Source: Syncephalis fuscata S228 (Eukaryota; Fungi; Zoopagomycota). Taken from it: a DNA stretch of 64,000 nt. Positions 26,793-41,678 of the stretch are shown one piece after another. The position numbers were made by a program, and so were the translations under genes. Every line of letters begins with the position of its first letter. Position 1 is the first letter of the stretch. The notes under the pieces are model-generated. The model was not told the origin of the DNA. It ran no database searches and saw only the letters and a list, made by a program, of their open reading frames with translations. The stretch lies in assembly GCA_025786725.1 (NCBI GenBank), contig JAHLTZ010000011.1:684693-748692 (forward strand). The letters are read 5' to 3'.

Positions 26793-28267
26793 CTAAATCA
26801 CCAATTGAAAACAGTAAATATTTTTATTGTTAATATTCTATTAATGTAAATAATACCGGATGACTAACAGTATGCTATTTAAATGGATTATAATGTGTAT
26901 ATCAACACTTTTGATTTCAATAAAAATGATTATAAATAAATTATTACTGAATGTGAGTGTAATAGTAAACAGTAAAAATTGATCAGCCTAATAGCAAATA
27001 AACTGCTACGACTCAACAAGTTAGCGCTATGAATGATTGAATTGCAATAGAAAATATAACATTTATTTAAATAGCAAACTAATGACGCTATTGCATACTA
27101 AAAACGATGCTTTTGAACTTGGTGTTTAGCTTTCTTCGGCGAGTGCTATGGATGCTATGCGAAAGTCAAGTGATCATGCATATCAAGGGAAGGATGGTTT
27201 GTGTCAGGCATCGCATTGTGTGCATGGCCGTGACGTATGGATGAAACAACATTTATGTGTAGAAAAAATTGCATTGTATTATAAATAACAATTAATTACC
27301 ATTCTCTAGTATGTTAATAATAACAAAAAAATTATTAAATGCTCTTATGTTAGATAGTAACAATATAAATTAAAGTAATAAACTTTGAAACAAAACATAA
27401 TAAAAAACCAGGAAAATGCAGCCTTTTATTAATATAACATTACGCACCCAACAATGACGTATCCAAACAATGCAGCTTGGAAACAACACAGCATAATGAT
27501 GACGCATAAGTTCTATCTGCATACTGTGGTATACGTCAACATTGTATTTATTTTTAGAATATACTTGAGAAAAAGTATGATATTAATTCAGTATTGTTAA
27601 AAAGTAATATGTTAAATATACATTTATTTTAGCAACTGTATTTAAAACATAAATATATATTAATATTATGTATTGAATATTAGTATTAGCTATTAATGGC
27701 AAACAATTATTACGAAATACAATAAATATATGCTATTTGTAAACACATGAGCAGCTATGTAGGCTGATATGCCGCGTTAAACCTATTGCTATAGGATAAA
27801 ACCAGGATAATGCGTTGCTTGGTCATCTAAGCTGCAATTTTTTTAATAAAAATGTATTAATATTTCGTATAAAGATTATGTGGTATAGTTAGTAAATTAT
27901 CTTATTTATTGTCAAATGTATGCATAAATATATTAAAATAGCAGCCATACTTGTGACTATGATATTGATTGATCATTTGTCATTTAACTATTTGATTACT
28001 GTAAGATTATTTACTAGTTAATTTATGCAACAATGAATTCATCTATTTCTACAAAATTACAATTTAAGTTTTGTCAAAATAACAGCTTTGGCCATACGTC
28101 CCAAAATGGTATACAGCCTGTAATATTTTAATTATGACCATGCTATTACTCATTGTCTAGCCAAAAAAGCCATTCAATAAATACGTAGAAAAAAATGGTT
28201 TTATTTTTGATAGATATGTAAAAAGACATAGAATATATACTGGTAATGGCTTTACTCTATCTATGTA

Positions 28268-28888
28268 TTATCCAATCAATAACCCATTGTTGCTATTGTT
28301 ATCGTCGTCTGATCGATCGAACGACTGAAAGAATGATTCGATAGTTTCGTTTTCTAACGGTGTAGCTGCAGTATGTTGTTCTGCATCAGCATCGTCAAAC
28401 CAAAGATTTTCACCATAAGAAATAAACAGCTCTTCACCAGCAGGTACAGGTTTTAGCGTAAAAAACCGTACCAGTCCGTTAGGTATATCGCGTAGAAAAT
28501 ACGCGTTTGGTTCGGCCGAGTGATTAAGCAGTGAGCCGATACCTAGTGCTAATGCATGAGGCCGCGGACCTGGCCAGCAGAATGTATAATGATCGAATGG
28601 AGGGCGCAGTTCGCTCATTAGCAATACGGGCGCCACATCGATCAGTGTGTGTGCTGGCAACTCGGTCGTTGTATAGATGCCTCGTCCTCGATCTGCATCC
28701 TGACGAATAACGAGAGGTGCCCGACGATCCGCCAACAACACTTGGTCTTGATCAAGATGAGGATAAGGTATTTGCTCGTCAGTCGATGCAGTTGCAGCTC
28801 TAGTCGACATAGCAGAATTGGGGCTCGTTACGGACGCAGCGTCCGCCAGTAACACGCTTGGTGCACTGTTGTTGTCACAAGTATTCAT
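28268..28888 (-). CDS. Small SET-domain lysine methyltransferase (fission-yeast Set7-like)
   Basis: RGRGIYT, ALGIGSLLNHSAEPN, GEELFISYG. Confidence 0.9.
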   Translation of the reverse strand: MNTCDNNSAPSVLLADAASVTSPNSAMSTRAATASTDEQIPYPHLDQDQVLLADRRAPLVIRQDADRGRGIYTTTELPAHTLIDVAPVLLMSELRPPFDHYTFCWPGPRPHALALGIGSLLNHSAEPNAYFLRDIPNGLVRFFTLKPVPAGEELFISYGENLWFDDADAEQHTAATPLENETIESFFQSFDRSDDDNNSNNGLLIG

Positions 28889-30240
28889 GGCAACAAAAAT
28901 ACTTTGGGTTGATAAGAAAAAACAACTATTTTTAGCAAAATAAAAAATATTAAAACATATCTTCTGGGATTACAGTTATTATACCATAAAATATGGTAGA
29001 GCAAGCACAGAAAAGTCGCTAGTTACAAAGAAATATAAAAAGGCTGTATCGTTCTGTCTTCTGCTAACCATGTTTTATTAAAAAAGGCTGCTTGTTTATT
29101 GGCTTTTTTATTTATAAACTTTGACTTCTTTCGCTCATTCGCTCATTGAGTCATGTATACTAGAGCATAGCTATTCATGTTTTCTACTATATATTTATTA
29201 TACTGCATATTATTCTATCATATATTGACCACATACATTTATGAGGCTGTTTGTTTATTATCAACTGTACTTGCTTGTTATAGATTCCAACTCATTTCGT
29301 TACTCAAACATATATACTATAACTTTACCATCAGTATTCATACTCTTCTCGTTGTCTATTCATTCCACTATATAATATACTCTAGTAACTATGCTTTTTT
29401 TAATAAATATCGTCTTTTTGTTGCTAACTATGTTATGTATATATTTGACTCAATTTGCCTATTCATATATATATATTACCATACTACTATATTCTATCAG
29501 CAATATTCGTATGCCTTTTTTAACTATTTATTTAGATTTGCATCATTTTACACTAGCTTACAACTGTTTTGCTTAAGCAACGCTTGCATTTTATGACTTT
29601 GATTATTTTTATCAACATTGGGTTACATTATAATTTTGCTAATAAAATGCGCATACTGTTTCATCGTTGACTGCAGCTACTATGTGCGATAACGTGTATA
29701 GACGCACCGAGTAATATCGATAAACAACTAAATATATTAAAAAGTAAATGAACAGGATGAGGGCTGCTATATTTATTGAATACATCATTGCTTTCTATAT
29801 AGCTTAAATTATTAAATACATGTAAATACAATGGTGCAATAGAAGTCAACTCACTCGCAATAAGTGCTCAGACCAGCTTTGATTACTATTTTTTCTATAC
29901 TCTACTGAGAGAATAGGCCTATTATAACTAGTGATAATAAAAATTTCCCGTTGTTTCTGGCTATTTCAACACGGGTACCTTCAGACTTGAATCAGCGATA
30001 AACGGAGCGTTTGAGCATGTGTACTCAAGTGTCCATTGGATATTGTTACGCCAGCATTTGTATTCCCATCGATTGGGGCAAATGAAGGGATGGTTGATTA
30101 TTGCACGATTGGGGAAGATAAGCACTGAGTATATATTTAGAACCATTTTACCACCAACACCACCAAGTGCCGTTATCGACGTTTGCTATCCTATTTCTAC
30201 CCTCCGTCTACTGCCACTATACACGCCGATAATACCTAGA

Positions 30241-32321
30241 ATGTTGCTGTCTAGTGCTGTAGAAGTCTTGGCACGCGCCACATCGTTGGCTATTACTGAC
30301 GACGAAAAGTTGGCTTTTTTTAATGGTCTGCGTAGTTTTCAGGAGCGCTTAAAGCAAAATAGCAGGCAAGTGATGGGTGGTTTGTGTGACTATAAATTGC
30401 AATTCCCGCTAACGTAATTTTATGTTTTCTGCACAACACAGTCAAAATCTTTATGCTTTAGCGCAAGATGCCGAATACAATCATAGCCCAACAACGCTAC
30501 CTGCTGAATCAGCCCGTGCGCCGCAGTGTCCAAGTGGATGTCGCCATGTAGGCAAGAACTGCGTACAGAATGCTATACGGGGATTTGTAAAATCTTTTGT
30601 TATGGCCTATGGTGCAAAATCACTGCTTGGTTTACTGCCGGCTTTGCTGAGCGGTAAATTATTTAAAAAGTACGTATAGTTTTATTTTTATTTTACCAAT
30701 AACAATGACCATTATAATGATTATTACACAGCCCCTCATTAATTAAAAAACAGCTGGGTATGGATACGACGCGTTTTGCTCTATTTCTCGCCGGTATGGT
30801 TGGATCATACAAGACATCTTTGTGTACACTGCGCCACTTGCGCCCCGATGTCGATGGCAAGAATGAACAGCAAAATGCATTTATTGCCGGCTGTATTGCC
30901 GGTCTAGCATTGTTGCTCGACAGCAATCGAGGAAGACGTATAGCTGTGGCATTGTATCTATCCACACGTGGTGCTCAGTATCTTTGCACAAGTCTTGCTG
31001 ACCAGTGGAAGGTGCGCCGCGAACAACAACGCCGCGAGATGGTAAATAGCCATTTAAGCAAACAAACTACCGTCTTTAATATACCATTTAATTTAGATTC
31101 GTTTGGCTGAGACGCCCGATGCAGCAATTGCCGATGGTTTATCGAAAAAATCATTCCTTGATAAGTTTTCGCGTGAATGGGCCGGTACTGGTATTATGAT
31201 GATTACAGGTGCAATTATCATTTTTACTATGTTCTACGAACCACGACAAGTTCCAGTAAGTTATTAAATCTATTTTAATAAACCAATCTAATTGATGGCG
31301 TAATTACTATGTTGTATTTAGCGCTCCTATCTTAACTTTTTGGTAGATCACGGCGGTGTAGGCAAAACATATGGAAAGAATGGTCATGCTGCCCTCGATA
31401 GTATCGGCTTAACTCAAAAGCGCATATTTGGCTATGCCCCCAAGCTGCCATCGCTACCACAGCGTATTCCAGTTGGCATTTCATCGGCCGATTTTATACG
31501 AGATAATGTGTCGGTGTCCCATGCCGCTTCAATGCGACCCAACATCCATCATGATTTTGTACTATGTGCCCTTGAACATCATTGGACCACAAGTTGCAGC
31601 ACTTTCAGCCTAAATCTATTTCTGGACGAATTAACACGTAGTACCAAATTGTATCTACCATTGAATGTCGTAAGTAGTCAAATACAACTAGAATAATTTA
31701 TTTGTGCACCAACTAACCATAATCTACTTTACAATATCAATAGATTACCGTACTATTTTACGCACGCAAAAAGATATTAACCAAGTAAGCATATCATTAG
31801 CACAATTACTAGACAGGATATCTAACTAAAATATACTCTAATAGCCCATTGGATTTATTACGTCGCATTACTAAAGGCACTGTGCGTAGCTCACTATTCC
31901 TTTCTTCCTATGTTACTATGGCCTATTTATTGCCATGCTGGTTGCGCCACATACTTCAACGCGACAGCATAATCTTGTAAGTGAACTAATGACATACAAT
32001 AATATAGGCACAAACGTATCACTATCCGTCTTACTAATTGTATAATATAGTAAAATAATCGGTGGCACAGCAGCAGGTTTCTGTGCAACGATTGATGCAC
32101 CGGGTCGACGACTTGAATTGGGCATGTACTGTCTAACTCGAGCCATTGAGACCATGTGGAACTGCGGTGTTAAATGGCGCTGGTGGCGCGCAATTCCCAA
32201 CGGCGAATTAATCTACTTCATCTTAGGCATGGGATCGCTTATGTCGGTCTACCAAACTTCTCCCAATAGCATTCAACGCGGCTATTATGGCATTATATCT
32301 CGCTTTGTTGGCAAGAATTAA
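30241..32321 (+). CDS. TMEM135/PMP52-like peroxisomal membrane protein
   Basis: C..NAIRGFVKSF, RFALFLAG, NAFIAGCIAGLALL, LYLSTRG, LYLPLN, RSSLFLS, RRLELGMYCLTRA; GC-AG first intron 30366-30441. Confidence 0.85.
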
Positions 32322-32546
32322 GCAGCATAGCAGCCGTGGTGTAATCATCGTTGATTTGTTTTAAACTTTTTATTATTTTTATAAAGCCTTGATGTCAAAA
32401 TATCTTTAAATCACTTATCCAATCACATAGTAGTGCAATGAACACTTGTTGGAGTGGATCACATTTTTCAACTTTAGCCTTTAAACAATATTTTAAATAA
32501 TACAGACACAATAAATGATTAAAACCAATAAAATCATTACATTCCA

Positions 32547-34675
32547 TTAAATACGCTGACTTCTTAAATTACGTGGAACCTCCGACGAGGATGTGGCCGA
32601 AACTGCCGTTGATGTATGATATGCCGGTCCACAGTGACGCCATGAAATACGAGTCCTTTCGCGTGAATAACGCCGTTCTGTTAAAAAAGTCGACGTTGTC
32701 ATACCCAAAATGCCTAATAGTAGATCATTTAACATTAAAGATCAAATAAACACCACAGTTATTGTATCGATACTTACATAGTCGCATATGAAATATAAGT
32801 AAGTGTAGCAATGGTACCAAAAATAACACTGTAAAAAACAACTGTAAACAACAACAGATAACACCACCGGCATAAGCGTATCCAAAATGTGTATCTGGCA
32901 ATCTGTAAAAGTTAAAAGTAAACATGGCTATTACAAATAAATTAGTAAACATATACCGTATCCAATTAGTATAATGACTATTTACTATTACGTCTGTTAC
33001 TTACCGTTGCGTGTAACAACTTATGATTTGTACCGGCTAAAGCCAGCAAGTAACAAGAAATTGCCACAGCCATTAATCCAGATAATATTGAACCAATGAC
33101 AGTGGCACAGAATGACCTTTCCATTAATATAATTAATATAAATATATTTTATTTACAAATGACTTACCAGTAGTTGGCATATCCAATACAACAATTTAGC
33201 CAACGACAATGATGATCATGAACGGCACACATTTATTGCATAGTTTACAATGACGAGTACTAGATGCTCTATATTACAATAATGCAATCGATTAATCAAC
33301 CAAGCAATTAGTCAATTAATTAGCCAATTGCTAGATAAAATATAAACTATAGTAATAAGAATTATACTTACACAGCTACACAGCAGACACGACACTGACC
33401 ATGGTTATCGCGTACGGCAACACCACGTTTTAATCGATAGTTTACATTGCGTTGTACACCTGATTTTCTTGCTTGTCGCACTACCGGATCCTCTGTATCG
33501 ATAAACATCGTGTAGAACATGGCAGTTAAAGTAGCCGCCACCAATCCGCCAAAACCAATCTGAAACGCTATACGTATATCCGACGACAATAAACGCACGG
33601 TAAATGCTTCAAATAAACTGATAATAATTGCGGCAAATAGCCAAACACCGGATAAAAGTGGATCATAAGGTGGTTCGAGCGCAGTGCGTCTGTACCAAGT
33701 CATAGGACGTGGCCATACAAACGACGAATGAGATGCATCACTCGAGATGGAATCTAATGCTATAGAGGGCCGAGTAGACACGGAAGGACGAGGCATTGAG
33801 AGCCCTGGTGGTATCTGTTCTACATCCCATGGTGTAATAACCGATCTATCTTCTATACTGGGTATTGTATAGCTACTAGGCGCATCAGCAATATGACTAG
33901 TATCATCGCTGGTATCGTCACTTTTGTTGGGTGTGGATGTAGATGCTGTGTCATCGCCAGAAAGATTCGTGTCTGCTACTAATTCTACCAATGGGGCTAT
34001 CTTACCAAATTGTACAGTTCTATGTGGACGGATAGGTGGAGCAATATTGAGCTCTTTTACCTTTACAGTAGTTAATATATTTATATTATTTTTGCCGTGT
34101 TTATTCTCAGATAGTGCCCGTATAGACGATCGATGCTGCAATGACCAGGGTCGAGTAGACGGTAAAGTAGGTGTGGTGGGTGAATCTAAATCGGTAGTGT
34201 AATGGTCATAGGGCACGCCTTCGTCTTCATCTTCACTTGACCATGCATCAATACCGCATAATGTATCCATTGTGCTGTTATAAACATGGGCCGAGTCAGA
34301 TCGATATAATGTGTTATAAGTAGGCTTCTCTTCTACTATTATATCTGAATCATCATAGCCATCCTCCTTAGATGCATGAATAGAATTTGAGGATGAAGAA
34401 GAGGGTAGTCCCATATTGGCTGTATCGTTATTTGAACACTCGGTCTGGTTTATTGAATAAGTACTAACGCGTTGACCTTGGCCTACTTTAGAATGTAATG
34501 TGTCGATAGTAGACAATTGACCATTATTCTGCTCTAAACGAATTAATGAACGCTTTCTAATCATAGCTGTAGATGGCTCTTCAGTCTCTGTATTGATCCT
34601 GCTTAATGTATGCATAGAATCATTGCATGACTGTTCTCTACCATTTATATTTATGTAGTGGTGGCCTCGTCGCAT
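32547..34675 (-). CDS. DHHC palmitoyltransferase with a long disordered N-terminus
   Basis: CRVCCVAV-ASSTRHCKLCNKCV(A)VHDHHCRWLNCCIGYANYW (one G missing at ~33225); downstream TM helices and ILGMTT motif. Confidence 0.88.
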
Positions 34676-35806
34676 GCAAGCACCAAGGCCGGCTTACTCG
34701 GTTGTACAGCTGTATCGAACAACGAGGATGGCGACGATAACAAGTCATGACTGGACATGAATAAAGATGAGAGACGCTTCCTACGCAACAGAACACGTTG
34801 CTACAAACAAAAAGTAAGCCACCAGTCAACGGAATACAAAAGTTCACCAAGGCTGTAATCTAGTCTATAGTGCTAAGAATGCAATAATAAAGCTATTATA
34901 AAGGTTAGCGCGGCTATTGAATAACAGAACCGCAATGAGACAAGCAAAAAGTATCTATTAAATGTATTAGTTGGTTTATATAAGGAATAAGAACAATGAC
35001 ATAGGTTTTAAGCACGGCACATCTAGAGTAAAGTATCGCGTGTATATACACTAGGCTAATCTAGCAACGACTATAATGTCTTTACAGCCAATAACCAATG
35101 TAGCAAACGAGATTAATAAAGAGTAAAGCAATAAAGACACAGATAATATTTTGTATAATAGAATGAACTAAGGAAACAAAAGGTGTATAAATAATTTTAA
35201 TAGCATAATGGCGAATTATTATTGTTGTTGTTATTATAGAGTGACTGTACAAATCATTAATAATAATGATGATGATGAAAGGCATGGCACTGCCTAGCCG
35301 TCTATAGTAATGTAACAAATAAATCTAGTCATCTATAATAGTAGAATAGGAATAGCGGACTGCATCTATTCATGGCTATAATTGTGTATGATGGTCATAT
35401 TTGCTAATTGACTTTTAGCATTCAATGTAAAATATTTACTATTTTTATCCACTCTATTCACAAAGGATCTACGCCATTGTACAACGTGTTTCTTAGTGTC
35501 GCATCATTATCATTATCATCGTTATTATTATTAGCCCCATTATGACTAACAATGGCAGCACAATTACGCCTATTGCTATTGTTACTACAATGATAATCTT
35601 GGTGTCTATTTTCAAGTTTTTTGTTTATCGTTTCATGTGATTATAGAGTGTCGCGTTTCACTTCACTTTTCTATTTCGCTCCTTGATTCTTTATATACAC
35701 TTCTGTGATTTTATCTTTTACATTCTATCTACACACATTGAACACTGTTAAATTATTGTTTTGGAGACTATCTATATATCATAAACCGTTTTATTGTTTA
35801 TCTAGT

Positions 35807-37577
35807 ATGGATGAACAACCTATAGGAGTGTCTACTGAGCAAGCATGGCTATTTATACTAGCGGCAAGTACTAGCTGCATTCTAGGCGGTAAGTATTCTA
35901 TACGGCGCCATTTACTCCTGTGTCTATTTACTATTACCAACAAACTAACTCATTGTTTATACACAACTAGCGGCCATTGTCTTTGTTGATGTCGTCGCTA
36001 TTCGACTAAAGCTCGCGTCTTCTAACTTTAACTTAATGGATTCATCTCGATTTCTATCTGCCACTCTTGGACTAACAGTTGGTACACTGGTAAGGAGAAG
36101 TGTTATACTATGTTATAGACAGCCACTAACCATAGTACTTTACAAATATCTATAGCTATTTACCAGCCTCTATCTACTATTACCAGAGGCCCGTGAACAT
36201 CTACTAGCTACTCATCAATTTGATAATCATATAGACTTATGGCTATTCAGTCTATTCTTTATGGGTATTATACTCGCTCAACTAAGTGCTCATCTACTGC
36301 ACCGTATAACACCTCACTCTATAGCACAGTGCCCCTGCACACCTGCACCTGCACTATCTTCATCACATAACCATAGTCATAGTCATAGTCAACAACAACA
36401 ACAGCAACATAGTAGCCATTCTACTTCTATTGGGCCTATTCATTCATCACATACTCATATTATTGATGAACATACACCACTATTTCATAGTACAGTTAGT
36501 CATAGTCATCCATGTGCACAAACAACCGACGATCATGACTGTTGTTCACCCTTGACATCTAACCAAGACAAGTCTAATAGTCACCACAGCTATTATTCCC
36601 CATGTACAAAAGATAAAACCACACATCAATCTGTATCGCTAATATTACCAACTCATTCAAATACTGATCTATATCAATCTACAGCAGGACATGATGTTCA
36701 TGATCAACATCAATGTGAGAATGGCAAGCCAGAAATAGTAATCAATAATCCACCGGCTTTCTGCAATAATACACAGGATCACTGTCATGATCATGATCAT
36801 TTACAGCCTCCGCTACAACATCCTATAGATTCGGTAGCTACTACAATGACTACCACTTCGTGTGATTCATCAATCCATTCATGGCATCAACATCATCAAC
36901 ATTCACCGCACTATTACACCAGTCATACGAGCCATCATCATCATCATGATGCACACCATGCCTCCGCCGATGTATGGACAGAGACTTCAATGTCTCCACA
37001 AATGGCCCTTCAAACAGCAGTGGCCGTGGCATTACATAAATTACCCGAAGGAATGATTGTATTTCTAGGGGCCCATTCCTCCGTCTCATTAGGGTGGTCG
37101 TTGCTGGTGGCCATTCTAGTACACAATATACCTGATGGGCTCGCTATATCTGTACCAGTATACGCAGCTACTGGATCTCGTATAAGGGCCTTTCTAGCCG
37201 CTGCTTTACTTGGTGGTATGGCCCAGCCTATAGGGGCACTGCTGGGTGCTATCTTGGCCGCTAGTACTACCGGTGATCGCGAGGAGCAACAGCACTATCA
37301 ATCTATGGTGGCCGGTATTGCCTTTGCCTTGGGATCTGGTGTCATGATGGCTGTGGCGGTATTAGGTGCCTATCCGGCTGCCGTTAGTAGTGCTTATGCT
37401 GCCGCACAAAAGGCGGCCATGGTAGAAGCGGCCACCATCACGATGAATGGACAGTGTCCACCAATGGATATGCCTCCACGTCTATCCTATTGGCGACAAA
37501 AGAGGTTGAACGCAGTTGGCACGTGGTTAGTTGTAGGTGTGGCTATTATGGCTATCAGCTCATGGTTAGGCGCTTAG
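35807..37577 (+). CDS. ZIP-family zinc transporter (Zrt3-like) with a very long His-rich loop
   Basis: LYLLLPEA, ALHKLPEG, VHNIPDG, GMAQPIGA; two introns in the 5' part. Confidence 0.9.
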
Positions 37578-37748
37578 ATGAGGAAGTGTTAAATTTATGG
37601 TTTTATGTTTTTATTCATTCTTGATTCTATAACTATGCTTGCTATCTACTAGACCCATTAGAATGAATGATAGAATAGTGTGATATTTAGTAATTATGGT
37701 TAGTAATACATTTAATAAAATGGCTAGATTAAATGAGCAAATTTGTAT

Positions 37749-39489
37749 TTATTCAGTCTTGCCCAATGCTGCCAATCTCTCCACTAAAGGTGGGTGTGAG
37801 AAGTGATAAGCTGAGAACCATGGATCTGGATTCATATCACCAAGATTTTTAGTATGCAATTTAATCAGCCCACTCTTTAAATCTTCTGTATAGCCTAGTT
37901 TCTTGGCAAAGGCATCTGACAATGTGGTTACAAGTGTCAGTGTATTAAGATACTATTTAGTGATGTGGTTAAGCAATCACTTACCAGCTTCAAATTCATA
38001 CTTTCGACTAAGTATGTTAACAACAAAGCTTAGAATACTCTCTACTGGTGAAAATATATAATTGAATAGAAGGAATCCAATAAGTACAGGCATTGTGTCA
38101 TCCATAAATCCAAATGCACGATACAGTCCAACATCTCGGTAACAACGAGAGAATAGATAGAATATGGTGAATAGATGAATTTGGGCTACGGTTAGGTTCT
38201 TAATCATATGGTTTAATTTCCAATGGCCCAATTCATGTCCTAATCAGTAATAGAAAGTGTTATTAATGGTGTAGATCAAATTAGTTAGTAATGGAGTATA
38301 GTTTGTAAAGCATACCTAAAACTGCACAGACTTCTTCATCGGTTGAGTGTTCTAATAATGTGTCAAACAATACAATGCGCTTGTTTTTGTAGAATCCAAA
38401 GAAGTAAGCATTACTATGGCTGGATCGGCGACTGCCATCAATGACATACAATTTGGTGAGTGGAAAGTTAATACGAGCAGCCAATGCCTCGATTTTAGTG
38501 CGCAATGTGCCTTCTGGCAATGCAGTAAACGTATTGAACAACGGTTGGATCAGCGTAGGATAGATGGTAATCATAATGAGTTGGAACACGACCCTGTAGA
38601 TATGTAGATATGTAGATATGTAGATGTTAAGATTGTTAGCAATTATAAATATGGTACACTTACATAAACATCCATACGTAATAGTAGAATGATTCACCGG
38701 CCCAATTGATAATCGATAGAAAGCCGGAAATAAGTGGTGCACCAATAACTGCCGATATTAACAAAGACTTTACAAAATCGCCAAAGAATAATGTCAGTGT
38801 CTGTTTGTTGAATCCATGTCGTTGTTCGATGACAAATGTGCTATATAAACTGAAAGGAATATTGATGATGGAGCTGATAGCGGTGATGGCCAATACAAAC
38901 ACCACTGAGCGGGTAATCTATCGTGATATAGATAGATGGGATGTAAATATTGATATCTATATGTCATATGCTAATCAATGTACCTCGTATTCGGCTGATA
39001 GACCGGCATAACGAAGTAGGCCAGCACCTACTGCATCCCACAGTAAAGGAAGTAGGTTGAATACAAGCGTGATAGTTGTCAGTACTTGACCCCAGGCATC
39101 TTGTACGAATCGGAAGCGAGATTTGTCACGGCCATAGGATTGAGCGCGTACAAACGCCTCCTCTTCTACAATGTTATCTAACATGGCTGGTCGGACGGTA
39201 GACCGTAGCTTGCGATGCTGACGCACACTAAATATAACAGTGGATCAGTGATTATGGCTACCATAAGCAAAGACTAGCACCGATCTAGATCGACGATAGT
39301 CTAGATAGTAGTGTCATAGTCGACGAGTACAGTGCGTAAAACAGCATGGGTATCGGCGTGTGCCACTTACTTAAGATATTGCTCCAACAAGTAGACAAGA
39401 TACGAGAAACCAAGTACGAGTTCTTTATAGGGAATCTCCATTCCCGGAGACTCGTAGCTATCTTTAGTAGTCATCTTTACGTCTGCCAT
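37749..39489 (-). CDS. STE24: CAAX prenyl protease 1
   Basis: [36 protein letters not shown] zinc motif, [24 protein letters not shown]. Confidence 0.96.
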
Positions 39490-39949
39490 AGAAATCTTTT
39501 ATACAAATTACTTGTATTAAACGGAAAATGACAAACAAAATAAACGATTGGAAAGTGGGAGTGGTGAAGCAAGAAAAAACGGAGTATGTGACGCACTACA
39601 GCTTTCTGTACCGTATCTGTCAATCGCCAGTTTAAAATTAATATGTTGTAAATTTGTGTTTATTCAGCTTTGTATCGATTTCACGGTTACTTGCGTTGTT
39701 GTTTGCTAATGTGAATTTATAAATAACAAACAAATGGCAATTTAAAAATACAATTAATTGTTTATTGCTAGCTATTGGAACAGCATTCTATACGGTTGAA
39801 AGTAAAGGTTTTTTATTTCAAAATTAAAGTAAAGCAATGTTTTAATTTCCACTAATAGATCAATAAGGCTGTAAAGTAATAATTAAAAAGCAGGCTAATG
39901 ATATATGACGGAAGAAAACAAATGAGCTGTGTAGCGGTTCTGGTTACAC

Positions 39950-39950
<1 letters not shown>

Positions 39951-39983
<33 letters not shown>
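39951..39983. repeat. (AAT)n microsatellite
   Basis: About 11 perfect units. Confidence 0.9.
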
Positions 39984-39984
<1 letters not shown>

Positions 39985-41678
39985 TTATTTTAGCAGTAAG
40001 CGTCACAGTGCGCCAATTAAACAAAAATAGGCGATTTGACAAGTTATGACTAATTAATCGATGAATACATAGACCGTATTCAAAATAGTAAATTAAAAGC
40101 CAGTAGAAAGTCGAATTGTATTGTAAAGCGACACAAGAAATACGGTGTTTTAAGGATAAGCATTATTAAGAATTCTTAATCTTAATATTAGCATCTCCGC
40201 AGAAGCGGTGAAAAAACTTTAAAAGATAAGTAAGGCAATGATTATATGGTTAATTATGTGAAAGAATCAGAACGCAAAATTTTATATTGCATTATTGTTT
40301 TAATGATAATAATTATATATTTAATAAATTATTTATCTATAGCGTGTTTCTCAAAGTTAATAAAATGTGGCAATATTCACGTAGAACCATAAAAATGACA
40401 CTCATTAAATTTATATACTGATAGAATATGTGTCTAAGAAATACCCAACTAACAATTAAACACAACTTTTAACACTTTCCACAATAACAAGGCAGGAAAG
40501 TAGCACAATAATAAGAGCTTTGATGCAGTACTATTCAATCGAGACTGGGTACATACTAGAAATAAAGCTGAGATAAAAGACATAAAAAAAGCAAATTAAT
40601 GCTAATAGTAAGAACTAGTGAAAATAATGAATCATTGTAATCAGTGCCAAATGGAGTCATAAAGCATGCCAATATTTAATGCATTATAGGGACTAATGAG
40701 CAACGAGCTAAATAAAATTCCTAATAGTAATTAAATACTAAAATTAGCATTTACTATTATCAAATTTGAATGTTGCATCGTAATGTAGTTGTTGTAGAAA
40801 ATTTAATGTGAACTGTGTGCTCAGTTCAATGACATATTTATGCTTTATTTATATTGAACAATCAGCTGTAAACTATAATTCCAAAAGTCGTTTTTTTCAT
40901 TTTACATTCATGTTTTTGCCAATATATAATAAAATAATATAACCATAAGTCAACGAGCTGATGCAGCTAGCGTGAAATTCAGGAAAAAGCGACATATTCA
41001 ATTAAAAAAACCATGGATTACTATATTTAGCAATCAATTAGTGAGCATGAATTGTGTTTTAAAATAAAACAGAGGTCAATAAAAGCATTGCATTTAAACA
41101 GCGCCGTTCTATTTTCAACAACACTTCAAATGCTACCTTTTCTAGAAGTAGCTGATCGGATGTTAAATTAGCTTTCTACCCGAATAGAAGCAATTCTTAT
41201 TATGGTTCGGTTAAAATGTATAAGCATAGATAAGCATAGTATGGGTAAATTCTATTCTTGGCAAACTAATTTAAAATCAATAAGGCATTATTATAAAGGG
41301 AAATAAATAAAGACCCATTTGGTAATGCTTTGAGCGCTAATTCAAATTACAAATTGCTGGATTCTATTCTACTTGTCAATAAAAAATCGGGAACTTTGCC
41401 ATGTGCAACTATCCGTTATTTATCTTACCGCGTGCTGGACTCGCCAATTTCTTCTACTTTTCATTCGACTTTCCTACGACTTTAGAGCCTTTAGATTTTC
41501 AAAGGTGCTTTCAAACTTTCAAACCACTTGATTTCATCGCTTTTTACGTTTTCGTTGCAACTTTCTTGCAAAAATTAGAAACACTAAACATCTCAATATT
41601 TTACGACAGGTACGCTATAATAATAATAGTAGCGATAGTAATTGAATATTGAATATCTATTTTATTTTTATAGTCATA

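Noticed and set aside
27070-27199. U4atac snRNA candidate on the - strand (starts AACCATCCTT, like the human 5' end as I recall it)
   Set aside because: No convincing K-turn, U6atac stem-I complement or canonical Sm site; a 10-mer match can be chance. An Infernal U4atac search would settle it.
29177-29849. 139-aa Tyr/Phe/Ile-rich ORF and neighbours
   Set aside because: Composition follows AT richness; no recognisable family.
29947-30117. Hairpin-rich island resembling a TPP riboswitch or snRNA
   Set aside because: Lacks CTGAGA and a proper ACCTGAT core; wobble pairs favour different strands; two CGATTGGGG (CCAAT-box) copies suggest it is the TMEM135-like promoter.
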